From Lama guanicoe (lineage: Eukaryota): a stretch of 64,000 bases of DNA. Made by a program: the position numbers and the translations under genes. Below, piece after piece: positions 26,286 to 38,423 of this stretch (its first letter is position 1; every line of letters starts with the position of its first letter). The stretch spans positions 279,241 to 343,240 of the forward strand of contig MU053934.1 of assembly GCA_013239625.1 (NCBI GenBank), in the 5' to 3' direction. The notes beneath the pieces were generated by a model. The model was not told where the DNA came from, did not search any database, and saw only the letters and a list, made by a program, of their open reading frames with translations.

Positions 26286-27626
26286 GGATGCACCCAGGAA
26301 GCGTGGTATTCTGATGGACACATGTCCAGGACCACCCTTCTCTCATCTATGGAAGTTCAGAAATTTCAGCCTGTTTTGCACTGATGCAGTAGAGGAGCCC
26401 AGCACCTGTGGGATAATCTAGCAGTTTTCAGTAGCTGTCACCTCCTGAAAGAGGTGAACCTTCCAATTACAAAATTTCCCCCTTATCCCCTAGGTTTTTT
26501 TTTTTCAAACAAGTGTCCCTAATTTTATCCCTTTGGGTTGAGGGAAGAAAGGCGACAGCTGAAACAGCCAGGCTTCCCTTTGATAACTCGCTCCTTCTCC
26601 TAATTAACAAGACCCCGCACAACTAAACATCTGCCAACTTCAAAAACTTTCACAGTGACGAGCTTTGATCACGGTGGAGCACACGGTATCTGTGCTGAAC
26701 AGAAGAACTGCACACAGCCAAAATCAGACATCGTTCGCTCCAACTCCACTCAACTCAATCCAGCCCTTTTGAAGATTGTTGGGAGAGTCAACCCCAGGCC
26801 AGTAAGACACAGTCATTGCCAACTGGGAGGTGTGCCATGGGCTCCCCTCTTCCAGCATACACCACGTTCGCGGACGAGTGGATGGGAGCGGTACATTAAA
26901 TTCTATCCTTAAACATCTAACGTTTCTTAGAAGAGTTTTCTAAAACCTACCTTTGATAACTCTAAATTTTACATATTTGATTTCTATTTGAAAATGACCC
27001 TTTCTTGGTTTTCCTTCTGTCTCTTTGGGTGTATTCTCACAAAATTCAGAGAGAACGGTCATTTGGTGAGCTCATCCGACAAGTGCTGTCATGCTGGTAC
27101 ACCACTTCATGCCTCCTGAAGAAAGTGACAAGGTATATCCTGCCACGGCTTTAGTCACTTACACAGTAACTTACAGCTACTTGTAACTGTGGGTGCATCC
27201 AAACGGTTGATTCACACCCTTCGCTTACACCCCGACTAAACTGTCTCACTCTAGCAAGCATTAAGAAAACACCACCACGTGTTACTACTTCACACAATCT
27301 TGTCTCAAGAGAAGCGTCAATCCCACCGTGATGGTGTTTGAATGTAAAAGACAAACATGGCAGGAAAAACTCAGAGTGAATTCAAATGGTGAGGATGTCT
27401 TTGAACCACAACCGTTCTCCTCTCTGGAGTCATTAGTGCTAATTACTAACAACTACCCTGGTAACGAGCGCTGGCAGTCACTTAGCTGCTAATTGGCTTC
27501 AATTTACCACTCTGACTGTGGTCACAGGTATGTATTCGCTTGGGGAGCAAAGAAAAAGAGCAGGGATGGCAGGTCTTAGGCTGTCCTTACAAAAGGTACC
27601 ACCTGCCTGAAATGTTCTGCCCAACC

Positions 27627-27823
27627 CACTGGGTCTCAAACTTCCCCACGCGTCTGAGTCACTGGGAAGGTTACTGAAGCACAGGACTGCAGCCACCCCG
27701 CCTCCCGCCACCAGGAAATTCTGATTCAGCAGGTCTAGGGCGGAGCCCAAGAATGCGACTACCTAACAAGTTCCCACGTGGTGCTGATGCTGCGGGCCCT
27801 GGGCCACCTGTTGAGAACCACTG
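27627..27823 (+). mobile_element. MER5A hAT-Charlie DNA transposon
   Basis: TIRs CACTGGGTCTCAA / TTGAGAACCACTG; TTCTGATTCAGCAGGTCTAGGG core; degraded 8-bp TSD GCCCAACC / GCCTCACC. Confidence 0.92.
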
Positions 27824-28469
27824 GCCTCACCACGACTCTCCTAACCTCAGCCGAAGCAGCAGATTCTGCCTCTCCTGCCTCGGGTGTCCCACCCCCAGAA
27901 CAGGGGCACAGCGGCCACCCCCCACAACGCTGCACAGTGGGCAGAGCTACATTTAACAGGGGGCCGTCTACTGAAAGGCGGGGATGCTAGAAATGCATTG
28001 TCTGCCTGCCCCCAACCTAACGGGGCATTTTACAGTCTCTCTATTCTGCTTTTCATTGACATGAAGTGAATCACAAAGAGACTAAAGGAGAAGCGGGCTT
28101 CAGCTACTCTGAGGACTTGGCAAATAGGAAAAAAAAAGTCCTGTGCTTCACTGGGAGGACCCATCGCCTACTGTCTCTTTAGGAACATTTTCAACCCAAA
28201 GATGTGTGAATGTGTGAATACAATAATAAAGTAAAATAATTACTCTGGCCCCTATCTAACAGTTTAGGGAATAAACTGAAGGAATTGTTCCATTCAGTAA
28301 ACCACCACAAGCACGCAACGTGCAAGGAATAAAGGGTATAAACGCGGGCGTAGTCACTACCATCTCTTAAGCACCCCACACCCCTAGCAGTGTCAAGGTG
28401 TGAGTCCTGGTCCCTGCGGCCCCCGTGGCAGGGCCAGTGAGGCAAGCAAATGCGGACACAGCAACCGCT

Positions 28470-28640
28470 GGGCTCCACACTCCCTCTGGGCACTTGGCAC
28501 GCATCTACTTATTTAATCACCAGCACAGCCCTGTGAGTTAGGAACTTTTAAAGACCAGGAAACTGAGCCACAGAGAGGCTAGACAACTTGGCCAATGCCA
28601 CTCTGCTAATAGAAGATGGAGGTCAGATGTGTGCCCATGC
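28470..28640 (-). mobile_element. MIR SINE
   Basis: TTATTTAATCACCAGCACAGCCCTGTGAG...GGAAACTGAGCCACAGAGAGG. Confidence 0.8.
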
Positions 28641-29999
28641 TCCCCGGCCCCGGACGCATGCAGGCACCACTGTGCTGTCACAGGGACACTCTGCTGGTGA
28701 GCGACATCACCCATGTGCCGACGGATACAAAGACCAAAGCCTGCAGAAGGTTACAAATGCACGTAGCGTTTGAGCTGAAGTCCGCGCTGCACACCCAGGG
28801 CTCTCTGATGATGGGCACTCCGGAAAGCGGGCCAGGCGCGCACACAGAAGCATGCATAACAGGGTGCGGGGCCGTGACAGCGCGAGAGTGTCAAGCCAGC
28901 CGTCACACACAAGGCGACTTTCTTCTCCTTCGACTGATGGGTTATTAAATGACTAATGAGACCGATCTGGGGGAGCCAGATTTTTGCTCCCATTTGGACA
29001 GATGTTTCCACATGTGGCAGCTGCACTTGGGTATCTTCACATGCAGCTTTTAAGGCGCCTTGTTCCTTACACTGACGGTGCCAAGCACAGGAGTCGTACC
29101 TGTGTGTGCCCTCCCTTGTGCCTGTACATGGAGTGGTCCGGAAGCTTCATACCTTTCGTGCTAATAGTTGAGCCTCCTTTACACTGTTGAGGAGGCCCGA
29201 AGGTTCTGACGCAGACAGCGCTGGTGGCGTTTCCCTGGCATTTAAAGAGGTTTTCTCCATGTTATCCATGTTGCTACTACAGAGAGCAAAAGCAGGAATC
29301 AGCTTTGCATCATAAACCCCAGAGCATCTCCGGCTGTTATCATAGTTCCCAAATAGGCTAAGGATTTAGGTGAATCAAGTTTCACCACTGAGATTAATTC
29401 CACAAAGACAGGACGACTCCAGTCCAGAGCAGGGATGTTTGCAAGCCCGTACGGCAGGGGTGGAACGCTCCACCGTGGAGAAAGGCGTGGTACAAGGGAC
29501 GCGTTCACATGGAGCGCATCTTCTCGCCTCCTAACCGTCTCCATGGCATCCTGCATCTCATGTGAGGCCACTTCCGCCTCTCCAGCTTGGTAAGACAAAT
29601 CTGAATGATGTCACGGTTGCTTTTTCCCTGCGAAACAGAATGTCATTTTTCTACTTAGCGGCCAGCCTTTCCTCCTTCGACTCCACCAGAGGAGATGCTT
29701 TTGTCAAACTGTCCAACTGTAACGGCCACCCACACACGCGGATGGGACCACAGTGCATCACTCCATCTGATCTCTTTATTTCACAGGTAGGAAAACTAAA
29801 ACCCAGGAAACGGAATCATTTTCTTGTCAGTTGGCAGCAGGTCATACAATTAAAATAATTCTTTTGAAAACCACTATTTTTCCCTTTTGATCAAAACCAC
29901 CCTGTTCAAGAAAAAAAATCAGTCACAGGCAGAACTTCATTATGAGAGAAAAACATTAAATGTACCTCTGCTCGGGCTCTCTCTGACATCGTCTGTTGC

Positions 30000-30520
30000 G
30001 CTATGAAGTGGCCCAAGCCTTTTAAGGAGAAAACTGACCATATACATTAAGAACCTTAAGAAAATTCAAATCCTTTGACCCAGAAATTACATTCTGCTAA
30101 TTTATAGGAAATAATGACTCTGAAAGAAGGAACGCCACATGCTAAAGAAATTCAACAAAGTCTTAATTAAATCTAGCACACACACAAAAAAAAGTCAGAA
30201 ACATCCTGACTGGCCAAAAATAAGAAGAATGTCTTAAAATAATGATGATGATGTGTCACTAGATGGAACATGACCCAGCCAGGGAAAGTGAGAGTTATGA
30301 AGATCAGGCATGTTGAGTGAAAATAAAAAGCAAGAACCAGAATTGCAACTATCTTTAAAAAGGGGCAGAAAAATAAATTGGGAGTAACTGATCAAATAGT
30401 GGTGATCTCCAGCTGGCTAGAGAGGTAAGATTTCGGTCTCTCCCCTGATTTTCTCCAGTCCTCGACATATTCTGTGATGTGCATGCTTTATTCTATAATA
30501 AGAAAGCATATTCGCTGTTT
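30000..30520 (+). mobile_element. Ancient L1ME-type LINE fragment
   Basis: CCTTTGACCCAGAAATTACATTCTG ORF2-end motif followed by a degraded A-rich 3' UTR. Confidence 0.6.
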
Positions 30521-31393
30521 TTAAAAATATCATTCTTAAAATGCCCGAGCCAGATGTGCTGTTTCACTCCATCCAAGGCTTTTGCAAAAAGAGGTGCCTA
30601 ACACCCGAGGATCCCAGAGGATGCAAACCCTGCATCCAGATGCCTCTGTGGGTGACACACAGGTAGAAACTCAGGCTGTCAGGACGTGTTCTGGTGTGAC
30701 TATTAATCAAATGCTCAAATAAAAGTAAGTAATATCAAAGAGAAGGCCCTGCAGGAGACGAGCCTTTCTGCAGAAAAGGAGTCATGTGCTGGCTCAGGAA
30801 AAAAATAAAAAATAAAAAATAAAAAAGGCTTGTTGCAAATGCAGCCGGTTAGTAAGATTAATGAAAGGAGAAGCCACTTTGCATGGTAGTCAATCTTCAA
30901 TAATTTAAGGGTAATCGAGACTAATTTCAAGGTAATAGGAAAAGCTACCCATGTCCAAATTTTGGCTGGGATCCTTTGTGCGCTAAACGGGCTAACTCAC
31001 AGGGCAAGTCCAGCACTCTCTGGTTCCTATTGCAGACTGTCACAGGGCCAGGGCCTGAGTCTTACAGGCGGACGACGCAGACCAGAAGCAAGAAATGGGT
31101 GCTCCTGCCCCGGGAAATTCTAAGTGGTGCAGAGAGAGGAGCAGAGCCAGGAGGGAGGCAGGGAGAGGCAGCTCTCAAATGGAAATAAAAGAAACACCAT
31201 GCAAACGAGGAAAGGAAGTAAAATCTCCCTGGATTACAACACGGCTGCTAGAATTCTTGCATCGGAAGGGGCAGGAATTCACGTTTCTGGGCCTGGAGCA
31301 CTCCAACACACGAAAAAGCAGCGGGTGCCAGGGCTAGAACCCTGGCCGCAAGGTTGCAGTGAAGCATAGAAAGCTCTGGACACCTGAAAGCTG

Positions 31394-31440
31394 GTGTGTG
31401 TGTGTGCGCGTGCGTGTGTGTGCGTGAGCGCGTGTGCACG
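31394..31440 (+). repeat. Mixed (TG)/(CG) alternating purine-pyrimidine tract
   Basis: GTGTGTGTGTGTGCGCGTGCGTGTGTGTGCGTGAGCGCGTGTGCACG. Confidence 0.9.
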
Positions 31441-31530
31441 CCCCAGTGATTACGCCTACATTCATAGGCACAGATATATACACATAGACTTATGTGCACA
31501 GATATAATATATATTCATATACACATTATC

Positions 31531-31992
31531 CGGGCATATTTCATTCTATTGCACTTGGCAGATTCTGCATTTTGTACAGACTGAAAGTTTGTGGCAACCC
31601 TGTGTGGAGGGAGTCTACTGGGGTTATTTTTCCAAAAGCATCTGCTCACTTCATGTCTCTGTCACATTTTGGTAATCCTCGCAATATTTCACACTTCTTC
31701 ATTATCATTATATTTGTTATGGTAATCTGCGATCAGTGATCTCTGACGTTACCACTACGACTCACTGAAGGCTCAGCTGATGGTTAGCATCTTTTAGCGA
31801 TAAAGTATTTTTTAATCATACTTCTTTTTTTTAAGGCATAATGCTGTGGCATACTTAATAGACTACAGGAGTGTGTAAACATAATTTTTGTACGCCCTGG
31901 GAAACCAAAAATTCATGTGGCTTGCTTTATTGCAGTATTGGCTTCATTGCAGTCGCCTGGAACCCGCCTGCGATTTCTCCGAGGTGAGCCTG
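31531..31992 (+). mobile_element. Tigger1 internal-deletion derivative (TcMar-Tigger), no transposase
   Basis: Ends CGGGCATA... / ...GAGGTGAGCCTG; 5' arm GTTTGTGGCAACCCTG joined near 31755 to 3' arm ACGACTCACTGAAGGCTCAG...CTGGGAAACCAAAAATTC. Confidence 0.92.
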
Positions 31993-32228
31993 GACCAACG
32001 TACAGATGCAGACGTCTCTGACAGCCACACTCGGTCGGCCAGTCTACACGTGGAGGAGAGACAGTCATCCGCGTTCCAACACTATTGAAACTGAGTCTGA
32101 AACAAACACTTCATTTTATCAAAGGGACAGCCGAGGTCCAAAGAAAGTGACCTGCCCAAGCTCACTGAGGCTGTGATAACACGGAGGAACAGAAAGTGTC
32201 ACATGACCAGCAAGAACCAGGCCCTGAC

Positions 32229-32700
32229 TGTCGACTGAAGGAAAAAAAAAAAGCACAACCTAAAAATTGAAAGTTATGTTTTATTTGGTGAACTTCCTGA
32301 GAACTTCGAGTCCGGGAGACAGCCCCTTCGGTCTGAGATTCTGCTCCGAAGACATAGGGGAGCCAGGATATGTAATAGTTCTTGCAACAAAGACTAGGTA
32401 GTCGGAATATCAAAAGATCACTGTTAATTAAAGAAAGCCAGACATCTCCAGTTAAGGAAGTTAGTGCTTTTCTATGCATGGGGAGAGGCAGAATTCTGGG
32501 CTCATCGAGATCATCCCTTTGCGCTGCATCTTCGCTATTTAGGGCCGGTGTCCTGTTCTTCCACATCCCGAGTCCCCTCAGGGGGCACCGCTGGGGGTGG
32601 CAGCAGAGGCTGAGGACTTGGGAGGGAGCTGCCTGCTTGCCTGCCCCCCGAGCTCCCCTCGGGCTCACCGGCGGGGCTGCCACAGGGCTAGGAGCTTTAC
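32229..32700 (-). mobile_element. ERV1-like solo LTR (right boundary uncertain)
   Basis: Minus strand ends CCAAATAAAACATAACTTTC...CTTCAGTCGACA (polyA signal plus terminal CA). Confidence 0.75.
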
Positions 32701-33330
32701 ATGCAGTGTCTCCTTGGTGGCAGATGGGCTTCCTACCCTTAACCCTCCAGACGAGGACAAAAACAAAACCAGACTGACCTCGAGAAGTTACTTGCTCAAG
32801 GTCTCAGCAAACAGTAGAGCCGAGATTGGACCTCAGGCAGGGTGACCCCGGAGCACAAGCTCTTGATCCCAGAGTCACTCTTGGTGGTGGTGAGGCCTGG
32901 ACACCCACCTGGGTCTCTAGACGCTGGTCCCAGCGCTCCTTCCTTTACAGCGTCCGTTACAAGCGGCTTCGCCAGTTTCCACTGATCCATCCGGACCTGG
33001 ACAGACAGCAAGCCCGCCCAGCCAGGCGGCCCCTCCTGGCCATCTACATAAACAAGCCCTAGAGGCCGGTGGCTTGGTCTGCTGGTGTGCACTGCCGTTT
33101 CTGGAGGGGCCGAAAGAACCCCTGGCTTGTGGTAATTGCTCAACACATGCTGTTGAATGTATGAGTTGATTTTGACAGCGATCAGAGAACAGGAAGCCAG
33201 GACTGTCTTTTCCAGAATGCTGGCACTGGAGAGCAAGTCCAGGCTCACCCAGCACACGTTCAGGAGGGAGACTCAGAAAAGAGGCCTTCGTTTTACAGAC
33301 TGGAGAACCCGGGAGAGGGGGTGGCGGTCC

Positions 33331-33809
33331 CGTCACCGCTCGCCGCACGACAGGCCAATAAACTGAGAGATGAGCTGTTGGGGCCAGGAATAGCAACTTT
33401 ATTCGGAAAGCCAGCAGACCGGGAAGATGACGGACTAATGTCCTAGAGAACCATCCTGCCTGAGTTAGAATTCAGGCTTCTTTTACGCTAAAGAGGGAGG
33501 GAGTAAAGTCAAACATTCTCTGATTTCAGTCAGCCTCCGGGGAGGCGATGTGTTCATTTCTTCCTGCCTGCAGCCATTCACAGGCGGGCCTGGTCAGGAT
33601 GTTTCCGGTGAGCTAAGCAAAGGTACTTTAGCTTAACGCTCATTACCTGGGAGGCAGGTTCCCAGAGATGGGCCATTATGCATAATTTAAGCCTATAGCT
33701 GACATCCCTTTAGTGATTAACTTGTAGCAAAAGCAACAGAATCCAAAGGTTAAAGAAAAAAAAAAAAACCAGACCCAACATGGAATTGGATTTGTTCTTC
33801 CCAATTACA
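33331..33809 (-). mobile_element. ERV1-like solo LTR
   Basis: Minus strand starts TGTAATTGGGAAGAACAAATCC and has AATAAA near its far end; 4-bp TSD GTCC at 33327-33330 and 33810-33813. Confidence 0.85.
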
Positions 33810-34120
33810 GTCCTTTGACTTAATCTGCCCAGAAGGCAGCGCTCAGGAAGAGCACGACTTGGCCTCCTGACGGGCAGGCCTGCGCACCTGCCCCCACGCC
33901 GGGGTGTCCCAGGGTACCCCTCCCGGACCGGTGGTGTCCTGTGATGCGGCCCGGTGAGCTCGTTTCTTGTGGCCTACTAAGTTTGGAGGATGCAATGTGC
34001 ATTAGCATATGCAGGGCTCTGAGAGTCCTGAGGTCAGGAATCGGGTTCCCTGGTCTAACCCCACCCCCTGGGAGCCCTGCTACACCCACCTGTCAACACG
34101 CCTTAGGAAGAAGTGTGTTT

Positions 34121-34394
34121 TACAGACAGAAAACAAACTGTGGTTACCCGGGGGAAAGGGGGGGAGGGAGAGAGAGATTAAGAGTTGGGATTAACAGATA
34201 CACATCATTATATAGAAAACAGATAAACAACAAGGTCCTACTGTATAGCACAGGGAATTATATTCGGTATCTTATAATAAGCCATAACGGAAAAGAAACT
34301 AAAAAAAAAATATACATAACTGAACTGCTCTGCTGGGCACCTATAACTAACATTGCAAATTGACTACACGTCAATAAAAAATAAAAATAATACA
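34121..34394 (+). mobile_element. Cetartiodactyl-type L1 3' end
   Basis: GATAAACAACAAGGTCCTACTGTATAGCACAGGGAA and A-tail; 16-bp TSD AGGAAGAAGTGTGTTT / AGAAAGTAGTGTGTTT (14/16). Confidence 0.93.
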
Positions 34395-34799
34395 AGAAAG
34401 TAGTGTGTTTCTAGCAGATTCTCAAAAATCAGTGATGAATTCAGCCTCTGTCACCACAAGGCCCCTTTCTCTGTTTCACGGTCAGGGTCCTGAATCTTAT
34501 GAACGGCACCCGGAGTGGAGACCAGGAGGAAGGACGTGCTTCTGCCCGAGAAGGCCAGGGATAAGCAGGTGGAGTTGACAGCAAACCCTCCCCATTTCCG
34601 TGCCCCTGGGCTTGCCTCCGGCAGCCGGCAAAAAGCCCCCCGACCTGCGTCCTACGCACGCACCTGTGGGCCACAGTGTACGCCCCGCACGGCGCTGGCT
34701 CTAAAGAGAGCAGGGAGCCGTGCCAACCGAGTCCCCCTCTAAGGCCTTACGCTTCGCTGGGTAAAAAGAGCAACAAATGATAAAAGAGGAAATATATAA

Positions 34800-35060
34800 T
34801 GAAAGTCCCGTCTCTGCTGCAAAGGGTGCAGGAAGGGTGAGCAGGGAGGCTAGGTGTCACCGCTAAATGACCTCTGAGCAGAAACCCAGGGGAAAGAGGG
34901 CAGTGAGCTCTAAGGTGATCTGGAGGCACATCCTTCCAGGCAGAGGAACGGCAGGTACGAAGCCATGACGTAGGCGTGTGCCGGGCACCCAATGTGATGA
35001 AGGCGCGGCGAGAAGCCCCGGGGGCTGGAGTGCGGTGAGGATGAGGGAGGAGCCCCACAT
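34800..35060 (-). mobile_element. L2 LINE fragment
   Basis: TGACCTCTGAGCAGAAACC...TTCCAGGCAGAGGAACGGCAGGTACGAAG. Confidence 0.75.
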
Positions 35061-35074
35061 CCCAGCATTCCTGC

Positions 35075-35248
35075 CACGGCCGGCTTCAGGGTCCTGTAAC
35101 CTGCGCGGCCACTCGGGGCCCCGTGCTGAGAAGGACCCTGCTTGGGTCACCGCTCTGCTGTCACTATTCTGGAATTCATAACAACTTCTGTAAAAGGTCC
35201 CCGCATTTACTCTCGCCCTGGACCCCACCAATGACAAAGTTGGCCCAG
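35075..35248 (+). mobile_element. MER45A hAT-Tip100 DNA transposon
   Basis: CACGGCCGGCTTCA...GGGCCCCGTGCTGAGAAGGACCC...TTGGCCCAG matches recalled MER45A over its length. Confidence 0.85.
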
Positions 35249-36309
35249 CTCCTGGCTCTTCCATTCACGGAGGACTAACCAAGATTACCCTCAAGAACAA
35301 GGCCTGTATTAACCGGGGGCAGGGCCCCAGCTTTCTCCTATGTAAGCTACTTTGTCCCCATTTACCAGAGAGTGGTGACAAGAATCCCACAGAAGTGCCC
35401 ATGGGGACACCATCATTTTCTTTTTAAATGTTTACTGGAGACTTAAAAAAAAAAACACTCCTGTGTTGGGGCCTGGGCCTCCAGAATGCTGCCAATTCTT
35501 CTGTCTACGTTAATCGTGGGAGTGGACGTGTGGATAATTCAGAAGAGCCGATGAGCACGCCCGGCTCTGGAAGGTGGCGTGTGGCTTTCCTTTCTGCGTG
35601 TTCTCCTGAGCGGAGAACAGGTCCTGACTTACCATCTGGAGGCCACACAGCCTGAGCCACGGGAGGGCCAACTCTAGGTTACTTCAGGAGCCCACCATAG
35701 GATGAAAAGCTGGGGAGTGGTTACAAGTGCATCCTTCATCTCCAGCTCCCCTTCCTCCATCACTGCCTGTCAAGTATGATGGACACACTCTAACCTCTAG
35801 GACAGTTTCCCTCTGAGACAATGACGACCTCTGTGGAGCAGTTCCACCAAAAAAATGCACCTAATACACAATGAATTTTCTGCACGACTTCTGAGGAGGG
35901 TCTGAGAATTGTCGTAGTCTGTCCGTGGACCCCAGATAAGGCGGCCTGATTTGGGAATGGGGGTGCCTGCAGGGAGCTGGCCCAGCCCCTGCCCTGCGTG
36001 TGCATCAGACACGTGCCGTGTACCCTAAAGGGGAGGGGGTAGGTCAGGGTCGATAACGGTGGCTTCCTCTGGAGAAATGAGGCCACAAAGCTGGACCCCA
36101 GAGATCAGGGTCTAGACATTACGAGTGGAATTAAATGAGACCAAAAGTTCACGTCCCTTGCTGTCTTAGAAAATTCCAACCCCTACTGACTTTGCTGTGA
36201 TGGAGGGCTCCCTCTTCCCAAGGCAGTGGGATCCAAGGAGAGATCTGAAGAAACAGAGCCAAGAAGACAGCCACGGGGTAGCGTTAAGCCTCAGGCTAGG
36301 GAGCCAGCG

Positions 36310-36530
36310 TCATGGTGAACGTGCACTGGGCACTTTTTGCTAAGTGCCATTCTAAGTGTATAACAGAGATGCACTCATTTGAGTCTCACATGAGCTTTGT
36401 GAGTCAGATAGTGGTGTGACCATCCCCATTTTACAGATGAAGAAACTGGGGCCACTCAAGTTAACTCACCTGCTCCAAGCCACACAGCCAGTAAGCAGCA
36501 GACTCAGACCTGAGCCCAGGCAGATGGGGC
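36310..36530 (-). mobile_element. MIR SINE
   Basis: CATCCCCATTTTACAGATGAAGAAACTGGGG. Confidence 0.88.
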
Positions 36531-37134
36531 CTCCCCACTCGTGTTGACCATTTCTGTATCCTGTGTACTGTTTACCCTCCGGGGCCCTCCCAGGCCAGCT
36601 GGCCACAGACAGTCCCCAGGGATAGGCGCCAACGAGTGAGAAGTGAGTCTGTAGTAAAGAGAGTGCCAGACCTACCCTAGGGGACCTGCCGGGGGACTGG
36701 GATGTGGTGGTGGTCGTTGGTAAAGGTTTAGACTCTGATCGCGTTCAGATACACCCAGCAAGAAGCACACAGACGTGCAAACGGAAAACCCCACTTAGTC
36801 AGCTACTTACAACGTTTCTAGGAAAAGAAAAAGAGACGGTTTCACTTATAATAGATACCACGGTCAAAGGGTACTTGAGTTTTTGGTTTTCTGCAGGAAG
36901 GAAGAACCCCATGGATATGCGGAGGATGGTGAGTCAAAACCCAAGACTGAAGAGTTTCTCACTTAGCACAGTGATCTCTGGCCCCTGAGCTGCCCACACG
37001 TGGAGGACACATACACCCCAGAGCAGGACTCACCCCAAAGGAGACTGACCGGCTGAGGCTCGGATCTGGTCCCAGAGACTGGAAGTGCCACTGGGCTCAG
37101 GGTTTGCAAGTTACACTTTAAAAATCCACTTGTG

Positions 37135-37148
37135 CCAGAAGGGGGCAC
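37135..37148 (+). promoter_or_regulatory. Candidate CTCF-binding motif
   Basis: CCAGAAGGGGGCAC matches 13/14 of CCASYAGRKGGCRS in unique sequence; motif evidence only. Confidence 0.4.
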
Positions 37149-38423
37149 TGTTACCTCTAAAACCCGCCTTCCACTCCAGGCCCTGAGGCTGGTTACCTGA
37201 GCTGATAAAATCAAGCAGACCCTGCAGATCCTGCAGGTCCCGTATCAGATTCCACTTTATCAGACTCCAGGCTCCCGGTCTCCCACCCCTGAGGTGTTTA
37301 CCTCCTAGATCAAAAAAAGAGAAAAGATTCCTTCCCAGATTTTCTCTAAATCACTGCTATTTTTACATCCCCGACTGAAGGAAGGCTGTCACTTAACCAA
37401 AAAAAGAAACTTCATATTTTAGAAGCAAAGGAAAAGGAAGAAAAGAAGAAGAAGGCCTTTTTAGAGGTCTGGTCTGGACTGGCTGCATCACCAGCCCACA
37501 TTCTGTTTTTAATTTGGGCATAAAAGAGAACTTTTACAAGTTTTCTTAAGGAAAGGGAGATTTGCATCTTCCTGATATTCATTTAAAGAGCATTCTCTTC
37601 TGAGGGTTCAAAAGTTGCTCTGGCTGGCTTCCTCTTGTAGCCAAAGAGAGCTAAGAGACTAAGAGACCATCCACCTATTACAGTGCTTCTTAAACTGCTG
37701 TGGGTCTGAGATGCACGTGCGGAGTTGATAAAATATTCTTCCCTGGATCCCACCGTTGTGCAGAAAGGACCCTCCAGGCTCCTGTTTCCAACAAGCATCG
37801 CAGGTAACTCAGGCCTTTCTGTGCAGAACACAGACTGGGTTATCTGCAGCTCACGGCCCTGTGCACACCACCCGCCTGGGCACAGGGCAGAACCACGGTC
37901 AGTTCCCTGACTGCTTCCACATCTCTGAATTCTAATCCCAGCCGGCTCAGCCTGACTTCCTCATGTTTTCTGCATCTTCCTGCACTGGCTTCAGCAATGC
38001 TCTGTGAAACACAGCCTGACAGAAGTTGCTGGGACTGCCGAGCAAAACACAAGGCATTGTTCTGTGACTTGTTCTGTTTGAGCTTCTCTTCCCTCATTTG
38101 TAAAAGGACACCTACTTCCCTTCCTTGGTAATTTAGGGAAGGCACATCAACCTTCCCACTTTATTCTCATCATTGCACTTATCAGTGATCTCCTGCCTTT
38201 TCCACATGCATCCCCCTTTGCTGAAGGGAAAACTTGAATTTGAGGCATCTGTCCCCAGCACCTAGCAAAGTGGAGTCTTGAGGATTTACTGGTACTGTCT
38301 GCCTAACTGAAAAATATGATATTCTGCTGGCTTTGAACTGTAAGTTATCTCAGGACATGGTGAAAAGGAAGCACGGAGGGGGCATTTGTGGTTCTGAGAA
38401 ATTTTGTCCCAGAAGTAGGACAC

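Noticed and set aside
29299..29598. Segment with open frames on both strands and a TG|GTAAGA donor near 29589
   Set aside because: The acceptor is weak and neither translation is recognisable.
32229..33809. Two same-strand LTRs as the ends of one deleted provirus
   Set aside because: The LTRs do not resemble each other, the second has its own TSD, and the spacer holds MIR-like rather than gag/pol sequence.
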